The notes under the pieces were generated by a model. It did not search any database. It was not told the DNA's origin and was given only the letters and a program-made list of their open reading frames with translations. DNA of 64,000 nt from Chiloscyllium plagiosum (taxonomy: Eukaryota), in the NCBI RefSeq assembly GCF_004010195.1, contig NC_057719.1, positions 94,355,468 to 94,419,467 of the forward strand, written 5' to 3'. Of this stretch, positions 12,421-25,027 are shown in pieces. Position 1 is the first letter of the stretch. Every line of letters starts with the position of its first letter. The position numbers and the translations under genes were made by a program.

Positions 12421-13233
12421 CACAGCTTAAAAAGCCCTTTCTGTAAAGGATACTCACAGTTGTTAGGTGATGGTTGCATAACACTGTTGGACATGATGAC
12501 TTGATGTGGAAGTGCTGGTGTTGGACTGGGTTGGCTAAGGTCAAAAATCACATGACACCAGGTTATACACTAGCTTTTGGAGCATTGTTCCTTCACCATA
12601 TGTAGTGACACAGGAAACATCAGACACAGAATTTATAAGTAAAAGATCAATGGGTCATACAACTGAACAAACCTAAAATGGCTGACTCTCTCCTATTAAA
12701 TCTTTAATCAGTTAGAAAGGAGATGCAGGTTTTGATTTATTAAAATGCAAATCCTAGAATTTTCTTTCAAGTCACTGCCCCGAGGCAAAACAACCAGGAA
12801 CACCACAGACAACTGCCTGCCGATCCGACCAAAGAACTCATCAGATTGATCAAAACTTTTGATCAAGCCCTTCAGAGTACCCTACATGCTCTCATCCCAC
12901 ATACTTCTCATGTATGGCTCTTCTGTCATCTTCCAAAGATAAACAAAGACAACACACCTGGACGTCCCATTGTATCAGGCAACAGGACCCAGTGTGAAAG
13001 CCTTTCTGGCTATATTGAGGGCATCTTGAAACCCATTGTACAAAGAACCCTCAGCTTCTGTCGCAGCACTACAGATTTCTTACATGGACCAGTCAAACGA
13101 GAACATTCCACATCACAATGGACGTTTTGGCACTCTGCACCAACATCGCCCACAATGTCGGCATCGCTGCAATTGCCTCAGCACTCAATACCACCAACTG
13201 CCAATCTCCAGGCACCATAAAACAATTCATCTG

Positions 13234-13318
13234 CTTCATCCTCAACCACAAATTCTTCACCTTCATCCTCAACCACAAATTCTTCACCTTCATCCTCAAC
13301 CACAAATTCTTCACCTTC
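13234..13318 (+). repeat. Perfect 3 x 27-bp in-frame tandem repeat inside the Penelope RT
   Basis: cttcatcctcaaccacaaattcttcac three times, giving FILNHKFFT x3. Confidence 0.95.
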
Positions 13319-15333
13319 GACAGCCAGTTCTTCATCCAGACACACGGAACAGCCATGGGGACCAGATTTGCACCCCAAATGCCAACATTCTCATGCACAA
13401 TTTCAAGCAAGACTTCTTTGCTGTGCAGGGCATCTGACCAACTTTATACACTAGATACATTGATGACATTTTCTTTCTATGGACTCAAGGCAGGGAATCA
13501 CTGAAACAACTACACAGTGACATCAACAAGTTTCAGCCCACCATTAAACTTACCATGGCCTGCTCTTTAGAATCAGTTTCATTCTTGGTCACCTGCATCT
13601 CCATCAAAGATGGTCATCTCAATACCTCACTCTACCGCAAGTCTACAGATAACCTCATGATGCTGCACTTCTCCAGCTTCCACCCTAAATATATTGAAAC
13701 TGCTTACGGACAAGCCCTACGCATTCAGAGGATCTGTTCAGATGAGGAGGAATGTGCTGGACATCTGATGGTGTTGAAGGACACCCTCGTAAGAATAGGA
13801 TATGACGTTTAATTTATTAATCACCAGGTCGAGAAACTGTAATGAACTCTTCAGAAGACAGACACAGAGTACCCTTTGCAATCCAGTACTTCTCTGGAAT
13901 GGAGAAACTATGCCATGTTCTTCGCAGCCTTCAACACATTATCGATGATGTTGAGCATCTCGCCAAGATCTTGCCCATGCCTCCACTTCTCACCTTTAAG
14001 CAACTGCCAAATCGCAAACAGACCATTGTTCGCAGCAAACTGCTTAGCCTTCAGGACAACATCGACCACAACACCATACAACCCTGTCATGATGATTACT
14101 GCAAGACATGTCAGAACATCCTCACAGATAGTATCATTACACGTGGGAACACCACCCACCATGTGTATGGCAGATATTCATGTGACTCTGCCAATGTTGT
14201 CTTATCTCATATGCTGCAGGCAAGAATGCCCTGAGGCATGGTATATTTAGGTTTTAAGTTTGCCCGCTGAGCTGGCAGGTGTATTCTCAGATATTTCCTC
14301 ACCATGCTTGGTAACATCATCAGTGAGCCTCTGGTGAAGTGCTGGTGTCCTGTCCTGCTTTCTATTTGTGTGTCTTGGTCTCTTAAGGTGGTGTCCTCCT
14401 TCGTCTATGTCTAAGGATACTAGTAATAGCTGGTCATGTCTTTTGGTGGCTAGTTTCCTGCCTGTCTGTCCGATGTAGTGTTTGTTGCAGTCCTTGCAGG
14501 GTATTTTGTAAATGACATTTGTTTTGCTGGTTGTTGGTACAGGGTCCTTTAGGTTCATCAGTAGCTGTTTCAGTGTGGTGGTAGGTTTGTGGGCTACTAT
14601 GATGCCAAGGTGTCAGAGTAGTCTGGTAGTCATCTCTGAGATGTCTTTGATGTATGGTAGTGTGGCTAGAGTCTCTGGGTGTGTTTTTTGTCTCCTTGTT
14701 TGGGTTTTGTTGTTTCAGAATCGGCAGACTATGTTTATCGGGTACTCATTGTTCTTGAATACGCTGTATAGGTATTTTTTCTTCTGGGTGCTGTAGTGTA
14801 TTGTGGTCCGTTTAAATATGTCCTGATGCAGCTCTGTTTGTGAGTGTTGGGATGATTGCATCTGTAGTTAAGTATCTGGTCTACGTGTGTTGCTTTCCTG
14901 TAGACGCTGATCCGTATTTCTCCATTGACTGTTTGTCCACTGTGACATCTAGGGAGGGGAGTCCGTTGTTGTTCTCTCCATCTTTGGTGACACTTATGCC
15001 AGTAAGGATGTTGTTAATGGTATTATAGGTTTCCTTTAATTTGTTCCATTTTGTGATGACTAATGTGGCATCCACATATCAGATCCAAAGCTTGGGTTGG
15101 ATAGTGGGGAGAGCTGTTCATTTGAGTTTCTGCATTACGGCTTCTGCTAAGAAGCCTGATATTGCTGATCTCATGGGTGTCCCATTGATTTGTTTGTAGG
15201 TTTTGTCATTGAAGGTGAGGTGGGTAGTGAGGCACAGGTCTACTAGTTTGAGGATGCTGTCCTTTCTGATGGAGTTAGTGCTGTCTGGTGTTTGTGTCCT
15301 TGTTCATCTAATAGTGTGGTCAGTTTTTCTTTG

Positions 15334-15534
15334 AGGAGAAAGTGAGGTCTGCAGACGCTGGAGATCAAAGCTGAAACTTTATTGCTGGAACAGCACAGCA
15401 GGTCAGGCAGCATCTAGGGAACAGAAGATTCGACGTTTCGGGCACATGCCTGAAGAAGGGCATGTGCCCGAAACGTCGAATCTTCTGTTCCCTAGATGCT
15501 GCCTGACCTGCTGTGCTGTTCCAGCAATAAAGTT
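15334..15534. mobile_element. Family-B fold-back mini-insert with HHR
   Basis: Perfect 80-bp arms 15371-15450 and 15459-15538; 14-bp TSD TCAGTTTTTCTTTG (15320-15333 and 15535-15548). Confidence 0.93.
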
Positions 15535-16857
15535 TCAGTTTTTCTTTGGCCAAGCTGAAGTTAGATGATATGAATAGGGCCATTACGTTGAAGGAGACCA
15601 TTACTTTGTCCTCTTCTATTTCGGTGTCTTTGATGTTCAGGAATTCTTGGGTAGAGTGGATGGAGAGGCAAGAATCTTCAACTAGGTATTTCAGTTTTCG
15701 GTGGAATTCCTTTGCTAGTCTGCATGTTGGTGTGCCAGGAGTAAGACTGTGGGTTGAGGTGGTGGGGGGGGGGAAGCTGGTTTGTGTACCTAAGGTAGTC
15801 CTTAGAAGCAGGGTGTGTTGGATTCATCAGGTTTCATTTTTTGAAAATCTGTCTTGCTAATTTTGCTTGATTTGTGGAGTTTCTTCAGTGACACTGCGAT
15901 ATGGTTTTCTAGCTGTGGAGTCTAGTCAATTGCCACCTGTTGCTAGGTGTAGGTATCTGTGAGCAGTGAGTTCTCCTTTTCACTGTACTGTGTTCTGTTT
16001 AGGATGATAGTCAATGCACCCTTTGTCTGCAGGTGGGATTACAGTATTTCTGTCATTGAGACAGAACTGTAGACCAGCATCTACAGGAAAGCAACGCACG
16101 TAGACCAGATACTCAACTACAGAAACAATCATCCCAATACCACAAATGGAACTGCATCAGGACATTAGTTAAATGGGCCACAACACACTGCAGCATCCAG
16201 GAACTATGAGCAACAGAAGAAAAATACCTATACAGCGTATTCAAGAACAATGAGTCCTCGATAAACAAAGTCTGCGGATTCTTAAACAACAAAACCCAAA
16301 CAAGACGACACAATACACCCAGAGATTCCAGCCACACCATCATACATAAAAGACACCTCAGAGATGACTACCAGACTACTCCGACGCCTTGGCATCATGG
16401 TAGTCCACAAACCTACCAACACACTGAAACAGCCACTGATGAACCTAAAGGACCCTGTACCATCAACCAGCAGAAGAAACGTAATTTACAAAATACCCTG
16501 CAAGGACTGCAACAAACAGTACATCGGACAGACAGGCAGGAAACTAGCCACCAACGTATATAAACACTAACTAACCACCAGAAGACATGGCCCACTATCA
16601 CTCGTATCCTTACATACAGACAATGAAGGACACCACTTCGATTGGGACAACACATCCATCCTAGGACAGGCGAAATAGAGACATACATGGGAATTCCTAG
16701 AGGCCTGACATACAAACTGGAACTCTATCAATTAGCACATCGATTTGGACCCCATTTATCAACCTTGAGAAAAAGAACCAGAAATGATATCACCCACCTT
16801 ATCAGACCAAAATATATAAACAGAAAGCAGGACAGAGCACCAATGCTTCATTGAAGG

Positions 16858-16899
16858 CTCACTGATGATGTTACCTAGCATGGTGAAGAAACGTCTGAG
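16858..16899 (+). ncRNA. Minimal hammerhead ribozyme motif
   Basis: CTCA-CTGATGA-T-GTTACC(TAGCAT)GGTGAA-GAAA-CG-TC-TGAG; one mismatch at the base of stem II. Confidence 0.75.
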
Positions 16900-17235
16900 A
16901 ACAAACCCACCAGCTCAGTGAGCAAATTTACAACCTGAACCTCAACCTGAGCTACAAATCTTCTCAAAAATGGCGAAGCATGGTATGTTGACGAAGCCAT
17001 GCAGATGCTTCAATAACGGATGAATGGATACTGCACAACAATCACCAGACTGGAATGTTCCGTCCCACTGGGGGAGCATTTCAGTGGCCAACGACATTCG
17101 GTTTTGGATCTTCGAGTAAACATCCTCCAAGACGGACTTTGGGATGCACATCGAAGCAATGTTGCTGACCAAAGGCTGATAGCCAAGTTTGGTACTGTTG
17201 AGAACAGCCTCAACCAGTTCATTGCACACTGCAGG

Positions 17236-17446
17236 TGACCACACCACACAATGCACTGTCTCTCACACACACACACGCACACGCACACTCTCTCACACAA
17301 ACACACACTACACGCTCAGACACTCACACAGACTTTCACACACACTCACTCACATGCGCGCACACAGACTTTTTCTCACACATATATTCTCCCTCACAGG
17401 CTCGCACACACTGTCTCACTACCCCCCTACATGTGCGCACACACAT
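17236..17446. repeat. Degenerate (CA)n/(CT)n microsatellite in the Penelope 3' UTR
   Basis: Direct inspection; mirrored as (GT)n at about 9330-9530 in the same family. Confidence 0.85.
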
Positions 17447-18014
17447 GCTTATAAATCTATGGGGTAAATTTGCATTTGCAGGTTTGTATTTGTTCAAAAC
17501 GCACACAATCTGTAGACACTGTCAGTCAGTGACATTTTATCAATTCCTGTTTTGGAAATAAAACCAGTCTGACTAAGGTTAAAATTCAGACAGATTCTAA
17601 ACAAAACCACATACCTAAAATACATTGTCTGACCTGAGATGTCACCTGTTGTATGTACTGATAAAACCTTTAGTTATCTAAAGTGACTTTAAACAAATTC
17701 TGGGACTTGCATTTTAATCCATCGAAACCTGCATCCCCATGCTAACTGATTAAACATTTAATAGCCATTTTATGTTTGTTTTATACATTCACATCAGTTG
17801 TATGATCCTTTGATCTTTTACTTGCAAAATCTGTGTCAGATGCCTCCTCTCTCACTACACCTGATGAAGGGCCAATGCTTTGAAAGCTAATGTTTTCAAA
17901 TAAACCTGTTAGACCATAACCTGGTGTCATGTGAACTTTGATATGAAGGCTTTCATAGAAACACTGTGCAACTTTCAAAATCTCTCCTGAAGGAAAAGGA
18001 AGGTGACCGTTTTT

Positions 18015-19012
18015 TAGTTACTAGTGGTGTACCACAAGGATCTGTTTTGGGGCCACTGTTGTTTGTCATTTTTATAAATGACCTAGATGAGGGCATAGAA
18101 GGATGGGTTAGTAAATTTGCAGATGACACAGAGGTCAGTGGTGTTCTGGACAGTGTGGAAGGATGTTGTAGGTTATAGAGTGACATAGAAAAGCTGCAGA
18201 GCTGGGCTGAGAGATGGCAAACGGAGGTTAATATGAAAAAGTGTGAGGTAATTCACTTTGGAAGGAGTAACCAGAATGCAGAGTTCTATGTTAATGGTAA
18301 GATTCTTGGTAGTGTCGATGAGCAGAGAGATCTCTGTATCCAGGTACACAGATTCCTGAAAGTTGCCGTCCAGGTTGATAGGGTTGTTAAGAAGGCATGC
18401 GGTGTGTTAGCTTTTATTGGTAGAGGGATTGAGTTTCAGAGCCACGAGGTCATGCTACAGCTGTACAAAGCTCTGGGGCAGCCACATTTGGAGTATTGTA
18501 TACAGTTCTGGTCACTGCATTATAGGAAGATGTGAAGCTTTGGAAAGGGTTGAGATGAGATTTACTAGGATGTTGCCTGGTATGGAGGGAAGGTCTTACG
18601 AGGAAAGACTGAGGGATTTGAGGCTGTCTTTGTTAGAGAGCATGTTGAGAGGTGACTTCATTGAGACATATAAGATAATCAGAGGGTTAGATAGGGTGGA
18701 TAGTGAGAGCCTTTTTCCTCAGATGGTGATGGCTAGCATGAGGGGACGTAGCTTTAAATTGAGGGATGATAGATATAGGACAGATGTCAGAGATAGTTTC
18801 TTCACTCCGAGAGTAGTAGGGGCATGGAACGCACTGCTTGCAACAGCAGTAGACTCATCAACTTTAAGAACATTTAAATGGTCATTGGATAAACATATGG
18901 ATGAGAATGGAATAGTGTAGGATAGATAGGCTTCAGATTAGTTCCACTGGCCGTTGCAACATCGAGGGCTGAAGGACCTGTACTGCACTGTAATGTTCTA
19001 TGTTTTAAGTTC
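18015..19012 (+). mobile_element. CR1-like LINE 3' portion
   Basis: [29 protein letters not shown], 3' UTR and ttctatg tail. Confidence 0.92.
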
Positions 19013-19721
19013 TATATTGCTGCTTGCAGGGTACACTTCAGTCATCAGTGGTCAACTTCTAACTGGGTGGATATCTTGTTAAATCTATGCTTTTCAGACA
19101 GAGATCTTGGAGGTTCATAGCCTGTGCCATGTTATTGGCTTCAATTTGGAGTTTCACTTTATGCATGTACACATGCATTAGGGACTAGAAAAGACATGCT
19201 TCTTTGCAAAAGTGTCTATTGTTCCTGGTTCCATCAGTGAGAGTGAACTCCTTGAGGGAAGGAGTATAAAGAGATTCAGTTGGGTTCAGTCTCAGTGATG
19301 AAGCTCGGGGATTTGAGGTGGTACATGTCTGATGAAACCTTGACAAAACATTGCTATACTGAGCAGAAACCCATCACAAGCTTGTAAAAGACAAAGATAA
19401 AAATCTGCATTCTTGTTTCAAAGGTAAAAGTTTTCAAAAGAAAAAGATTAAAATATTGTTACCTAACTGAAGCATTAAAAGTTATAAACTCAGAAATACA
19501 GTCACATTTAATACTATTTTCAAGACCTGTCAGGAGAAATGATACTGCATTTGAGATTTTGATAGCCGAGATAAGCCACAAAGAAAACTAGATTGAGCAT
19601 CTAAGAAAAAATGTTCTTACAATACCAAATTAGATATAAATCTCAGGCTGAACAAACAAATACATTACTGTATTGAATATGACCTTCTGATAATCACCAG
19701 ATTATAAAAGAATCAGATAGA

Positions 19722-19880
19722 ATCCTGGAATTCCATTCCTAACAGCATTGTGGATCTACAGCACATAAATTGTAATAATTCAAGCTGGCGGCTCATCACC
19801 AACTTCTCAAGGGTAACTAGGAACAGGCAATAAATGCTGGCCAGCCGGAGAGTCTCATGTTAATGAGTGAATAAAAAAAA
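19722..19880 (+). mobile_element. LINE/SINE 3' tail (shark DeuSINE/SacSINE-type tail)
   Basis: gctcatcaccaacttctcaagggtaactagg..gcaataaatgctggcc..gaataaaaaaaa; related copies at about 28380-28590 (+) and 29640-29800 (-). Confidence 0.65.
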
Positions 19881-20287
19881 TTGAAAATGTCCTGCCACCT
19901 TGGTCATTACTTTAATCTGAAATTTGAAATAGTCTTGAATGAGCAAGAGGCAATAGAAGATTTCAGGATTTAAGTAGACCCACAAATAATTCATTAATGA
20001 TTTCCAAAGATTAATGGAAAATGGTGACTATGAAGCTTTGAAACCAGAATTGTTGGCATTATCACCGAGGCTTTTTCAGACCTTTTACAGACCAAAGAAA
20101 ATTTTAAATTTGGACAAAGCTATTGAAATTGTATGAAAAACAGAGCTCACAAAGACATGCAGTCAAGTTATGAGAAGGGAAGACAACTTTATCATAGAAA
20201 AGCAACAGAATTAATTGACTTAAGATATAAACACTCTGAAAAACAAATGTGCTCAGCTATGGCAAAAGAATGTGACATCTGTAAAAA

Positions 20288-22219
20288 GTTAAAAATCACA
20301 CAACACCAGGTTATAGTCCAACAGATTTGTTTGGAAGCACTAACTTTCAGACTGCTGCTCCTTCATTAGGTAGCTGTGGGGCAGGACCATAAGACACAGA
20401 ATTTATAGCTAAAGATCACAATGTCATGCAACCGAAATGATTTATTGAACAAACCCAGATTGCTGTTAAGTCTTTCCGAATGGGTTGCAGGTTTCGGTTC
20501 ATTAATATGTAAATCCCAGAACTTCTTTTAAGTCACATTCATGAGATAACTTAAGGTGACATCTCAGCTCAGATAATGCATTAAAGGTGTGAGGTTGGAG
20601 TCTGTCTATATCCTAATCTTGAGTCAGACTGATTCAGTTTCCAAAGTGGAATTAATAAAATATTACATGAATTGACTGCCTGCAGATTGAGCATTTTTCC
20701 TGCAGGCAGTCAATCCATGTAGTATTTTATGAATTCCACTTTGAGCCAGACTGGTTCAATTTCCAAAGGTAGAAGACAGCAGGTGGTGGTGGAGGGTTGT
20801 TTTTCAGACTGGAGGCCTGTGACCAGTGGAGTGCCACAAGGATCGGTGCTGGGTCCACTACTTTTCATCAATTGTGTAAATGATTTGGGTGCGAGCATAA
20901 GAGGTACAGTTAGTGAGTTTGCTGATGACACCAAAATTGGAGGTGTAGTGGACAACTAAGAAGGTTATCTCAGATTACAACGGGATTTTGATCAGATGGG
21001 CCAATGGGCTGAGAGGTGGCAGATGGAGTTTAATTTAGATAAATGCGAGGTGCTGCATTTGGGAATGCAAATCTTAGCAGGACTTATACACTTAATGGTA
21101 AGGTCCTAGGGACTGTTGCCGAACAAAGAGACCTTGGAATGCAGGTTCATAGCTCCTTGAAAGTGGAGTCGCAGGTAGATAGGATAGTGAAGAAGGCATT
21201 TGGAATGCTTTCCTTTATTGGTCAGAGTGTTGAGTACAGGAGTTGGGAGGTCATGTTGCGGCTGTACAGAACATTGGTTAGACCACTGTTGGAATAGTGT
21301 GTGCATTTCTGGTCTCCTTCCTATCAGAAAGATGTTGTGAAACTTGAAAGGGTTCAGAAAAGATTTACAAGGATGTTGCCAGGGTTGGAGGATTTGAGCT
21401 ACAGGGAGAGGTTGAATAGGCTAGGGCTGTTTTCCCTGGAGCATTGGAGGCTGAGGGGTGACCTTATAGAGTTTTATAAAATCATGAGGGGCATGGATAG
21501 GATAAATGGACAAAGTATTTTTCCTGGGCTGGAGGAGTCCAGAACTAGAGGGCATAGGTTTAGGGTGAGAGAAGAAAGATATAAAAGACACCTAAGAGGC
21601 AATGTTTTCACTCAGTGGGTGGTACATGTATGGAATGAGCTGCCAGAGGAAGTGGTGGAGGCTGGTATAATTGCAACATTTAAGAGGCATTTGGATGGGT
21701 ATATGAATAGGAAGGGTTTGGAGGGATATGGGCCAGGTGCTGGCAGGTGGGACTAGATTGGTTGGGATATCTGGTTGGCATGGACGGGTTGGACTAAAGG
21801 ATCTGTTTCCGTGCTGTACATCTCTATGATTCTATGACTCAAGACTGGGATACAGACAGACTCCAACCTCACACCTTTAATGCATTATCTGAGCTGAGAT
21901 GTCACTTTTTAAAATAAAACCTTAAGTTATCTCAAGAATGTAACTTAAAGGAAGTTCTGGGATTTACATATTAATGAACCAAAATCTGCAAAGATGAAAG
22001 ACTTAACAGCAATCTAGGTTTGTTCAATATATCGTTTCAGCTGCATGACACTGATCTTTTGCTATAATTTCTGTGTCTTATGATCCTGCTCCACAGCTAC
22101 CTGATGAAGGAGCAGCACTTCAAAAACTAGTGCTTCCAAATAAACCTGTTGAACTACAACCTGGTGTTGTGTGATTTCTAATTTTGTCCTTCCCAGTTCA
22201 AAATCAGCTCCTCCTCATC
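20288..22219. mobile_element. Family-A Penelope long fold-back (about 400-bp arms)
   Basis: Apex gactgcctgcag..ctgcaggcagtc at about 20687-20699; decayed HHRs near 20338-20372 (-) and 22098-22132 (+); 13-bp TSD, 12/13 match (20275-20287 and 22220-22232). Confidence 0.88.
20765..21840 (+). mobile_element. CR1-like LINE 3' portion
   Basis: ORFs 20729..20959, 21043..21297 and 21301..21756; tail ctatgattctatgactc. Confidence 0.93.
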
Positions 22220-22435
22220 ACATTTGTAAAAATTTAGATCACTTCCAGAAGATATGCTGAAGTGAGACCAAGTTTCAGAGTGGCAAAAAGCCTAATGCTC
22301 ACTCATCGAAAAATGTTCATGCAATAAAAGCACCAGCATTGGAAATGTTACCCAAGACAGTTGAGCAGAATTTGGTGATTCACCAACTAGTCTTTGATAG
22401 AACCTATTTGTTAAAACCTAGTTGGGAAAAATGCG

Positions 22436-22782
22436 CTGGTAATCGAGCCCCACTGTTCCACAAGCTTTCACAAATGTGTCACCACCCAAGTAAACCAACA
22501 AGATGATAATTTTTCTTGACATTCAGGGAAGAGTGTTATTCAGGGCAAACATGATTCACACTGGGGAAAAAAAAACATGCTGGAGAAACTCAGCAGGTCT
22601 GACAACATCTGGTAATCGAGCCCCACTGTTCCACAAGCTTTCACAAATGTGTCACCACCCAAGTAAACCAACAAGATGATAATTTTTCTTGACATTCATG
22701 GAAGAGTGTTATTCAGGGCAAACATGATTCACACTGGGGAAAAAAAAATGCTGGAGAAACTCAGCAGGTCTGACAACATCTG
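22436..22782. repeat. 173-bp tandem duplication
   Basis: Units start at 22436 and 22609 (ctggtaatcgagcccc...), near-identical. Confidence 0.92.
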
Positions 22783-23457
22783 TGGAGAGAAAGCAGAATT
22801 AATGTTTCAGATTTGGTGACCCTTCTTTAGAACTATTAATGATGAGGGAAAGGTGGTATATGGACTGAAGGAGAGGTTTGGTGGCAACATGGGGAGAAGT
22901 GAGTGAATATGTGGACAGAGAAAGAGAGAAAGACAGTTTGGCAGACAAATGGATAGATTATGGTCAGTAAGGGAGAAAGAAAACTGATAATGGGGACCAC
23001 AAGTGGGTGAAAATGAGTTAGCTACGTTGAAAGTAGTCTACATCAAGATAGGTCCAAGGATGTGAGGTTGAGTAAAGGAACTGGAAGATGATGTTCAAGC
23101 TCTAACATGACTGAATTTGATACTGAGTCCAGATGGCTGCAGTGTCCCCAGGGGGAAAAATGAATGCTTGCACTGATCTTTGCTGAATCACTGTAGCAGG
23201 TCTGAGACAGAGTTGTTTGCCAGGGAACATGGTTGAAATGGTAGGCAACCGTAGGCTCATGGTCATTTTTGCAGATGGAACAGTAGGTGTTCTGCAATGC
23301 AATTACCTAGTCTGCCTTTCATCTCCCAATTTAAAGGATATCACATTGTGAAAAGTGAATATATTAGAATAGCTCGAGTGAATGCAGATAAATTGCTGCT
23401 TCACCTGGAAGGTGTGTCTGGGGTCTTTTATAGTGAGAAGGGAGGAGGTAAATGTCA

Positions 23458-23848
23458 AGTATAGAGGTTTACAAAATTATGAGGGGCATGGATAGGATAA
23501 ATAGACAGTCTTTTCCCTGTGGTCAGGGAGTCCAGAACTAGAAGGCATAGGTTTAGGGTGAGAGGGGAAAGATATAAAAGAGACCTAAGGGGCAACTTTT
23601 TCATGCAGAGGATGGTACGTATATGAAATGAGCTGCCAGAGGAAGTGGTGGAGGCTGGTACGATTGCAACATTGAAGAGGTATTTGGATGGGTATATGAA
23701 TAGGAAGTGTTTGGAGGGATATGGGCCGGGTGCTGGCAGGTGGGACTAGATTGGTGAGATATCTGTAGATTGGTTGAGATATCTGGTCGGCATGGACAGG
23801 TTGGACCGAAGGGGTCTGTTTCCATGCTGTACATCTCTATGACTCTAT
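23458..23848 (+). mobile_element. CR1-like LINE 3' end
   Basis: aaaattatgaggggcatggatagg..gagctgccagaggaagtggtgg..ctctatgactctat. Confidence 0.9.
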
Positions 23849-24137
23849 TACACCTTCTACAATTACAGGGGAAGGCGCTGTGAGGTGTTGGGAGTGGAGA
23901 AGAGTGTCCCAGAAGAAATGGTCCCTGTGGAAGTCTGGTTAGGGAGAGGAAGGGAATATGTATCCCACTGAAGGTATTGGAAATGGTCTTTTATGATCTA
24001 TGGATACAGGTGCTGATGTGATGGTAAGTGAAGACTAGGGGTATCCAATTGATGTGAGAGGGAAGACAAGGGGTGAGGGCAGAAGTGCAGGAAATGGATT
24101 TCCGTGGTTGACAGGACTGTCAACCGTGTCTAACCTT

Positions 24138-24425
24138 AGAACATAGAACATTACAGTGCAGTACAGGGCCTTCAGCCTTCGATGTTGTGCCAACCTGTGA
24201 CACCAATCTGAAACCCATCTAACCTACACTATTTCATTTTTGTCCAGATGTCTATCCAAAGACCATTTAAATGCTCTTAAAGTTGGCCAGTCCACTATTG
24301 TTCCAGGCAGGCCATTCCATGCCCTTACTACTCTCTGAGTAAAGAAACTACCTGACATCTGTCCTAAATCCATCATCCCTCAATTTAAATCTATCCCCCT
24401 TTGTGCTAGCCAGCCTCATCCTTCA
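24138..24425 (-). mobile_element. CR1-like LINE 3' end
   Basis: (AGAACAT)n tail and reverse-complement 3' UTR. Confidence 0.82.
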
Positions 24426-25027
24426 TTTGAGGAAAAAAGTGGTCATTGCCAAAGTTGTCCTGTGGAAGGTGGTATTGTCAGAACAGATGCAATTGAGGAA
24501 GTTAAAGTATGGAGTGGAGTGTTTACAGGAAGCAGGGTGTGAAGACATACAGTCTAGGCAACTGTGAGAGTGAGTGGGCTTGTAATGAGAATTGCTGGCC
24601 AGTCTATTCTCAGAAATGCAAACAAAGATGTCAAAAAAAAGGAAGGGATGTTTTGGATATTGACCAGGTGAAGGTGAGAGCGGGCTGGAAATTGGAAGTG
24701 AGATTGATAAATTTTTTCAATTCCAGATAAGAGGGAAGCAGTACTGATCCTCAAAGTACCGGAGAAAGAGTTTGTGGGTAGGGAGCAGAGGACTGGAACA
24801 AGGAATGTTCCACATATCCCACAAAGAGACAGGCATTACTGGGGCTAATGAACGTACCCCCAGCCACACCTCAGACCTGAAGAAAGTGAAAAGAGTTAAA
24901 GGAGGATTTGTTCAAAGTGAGATTGAGTCAGCACGGTGGTGGTGAGCAGTTTGGACTTTCTAGTAAAAAGTGTAGAGCCCTGCAGCCATCCCCTTGATGG
25001 GGAACGGATGTGTCAAAGGATTACCGG

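Larger units (their letters stand above)
14248..16974. mobile_element. Poseidon-like Penelope inverted pair (minus 14248 to about 16057, plus about 16058-16974)
   Basis: Both arms encode NVIYKIPCKDCNKxYIGQTGRKL; minus arm has PADKG and GTPM motifs; 15-bp TSD, 13/15 match (14233-14247 and 16975-16989). Confidence 0.9.
12505..17940 (+). mobile_element. Near-full Penelope-like element (Neptune-like, family A) with inverted 5' terminal repeat (12505-12785)
   Basis: LPKINKDNTPGRPIVSG, MDVLAL, GTAMGTRFAP, YIDD, SLYRKSTD, Cys linker, EAWY; resumes at 16975 (RMNG..PLGEHFSG..RLIAKFG); (CA)n tract; terminal repeat with HHR near 17858-17892. Confidence 0.9.
19900..22560 (+). mobile_element. Old Ty3/Gypsy gag remnant, interrupted
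   Basis: RIVGII..SDLLQTKEN..LDKAIEIV; removing insert 20288-22219 and one TSD restores CDICKNLDHFQKIC (CX2CX4HX4C). Confidence 0.7.

Noticed and set aside
17189..17561. His/Thr-rich ORFs
   Set aside because: Translation of a (CA)n microsatellite
12490..17955. TSD around the large family-A element
   Set aside because: Only a loose ttgatrtg match that overlaps the element ends
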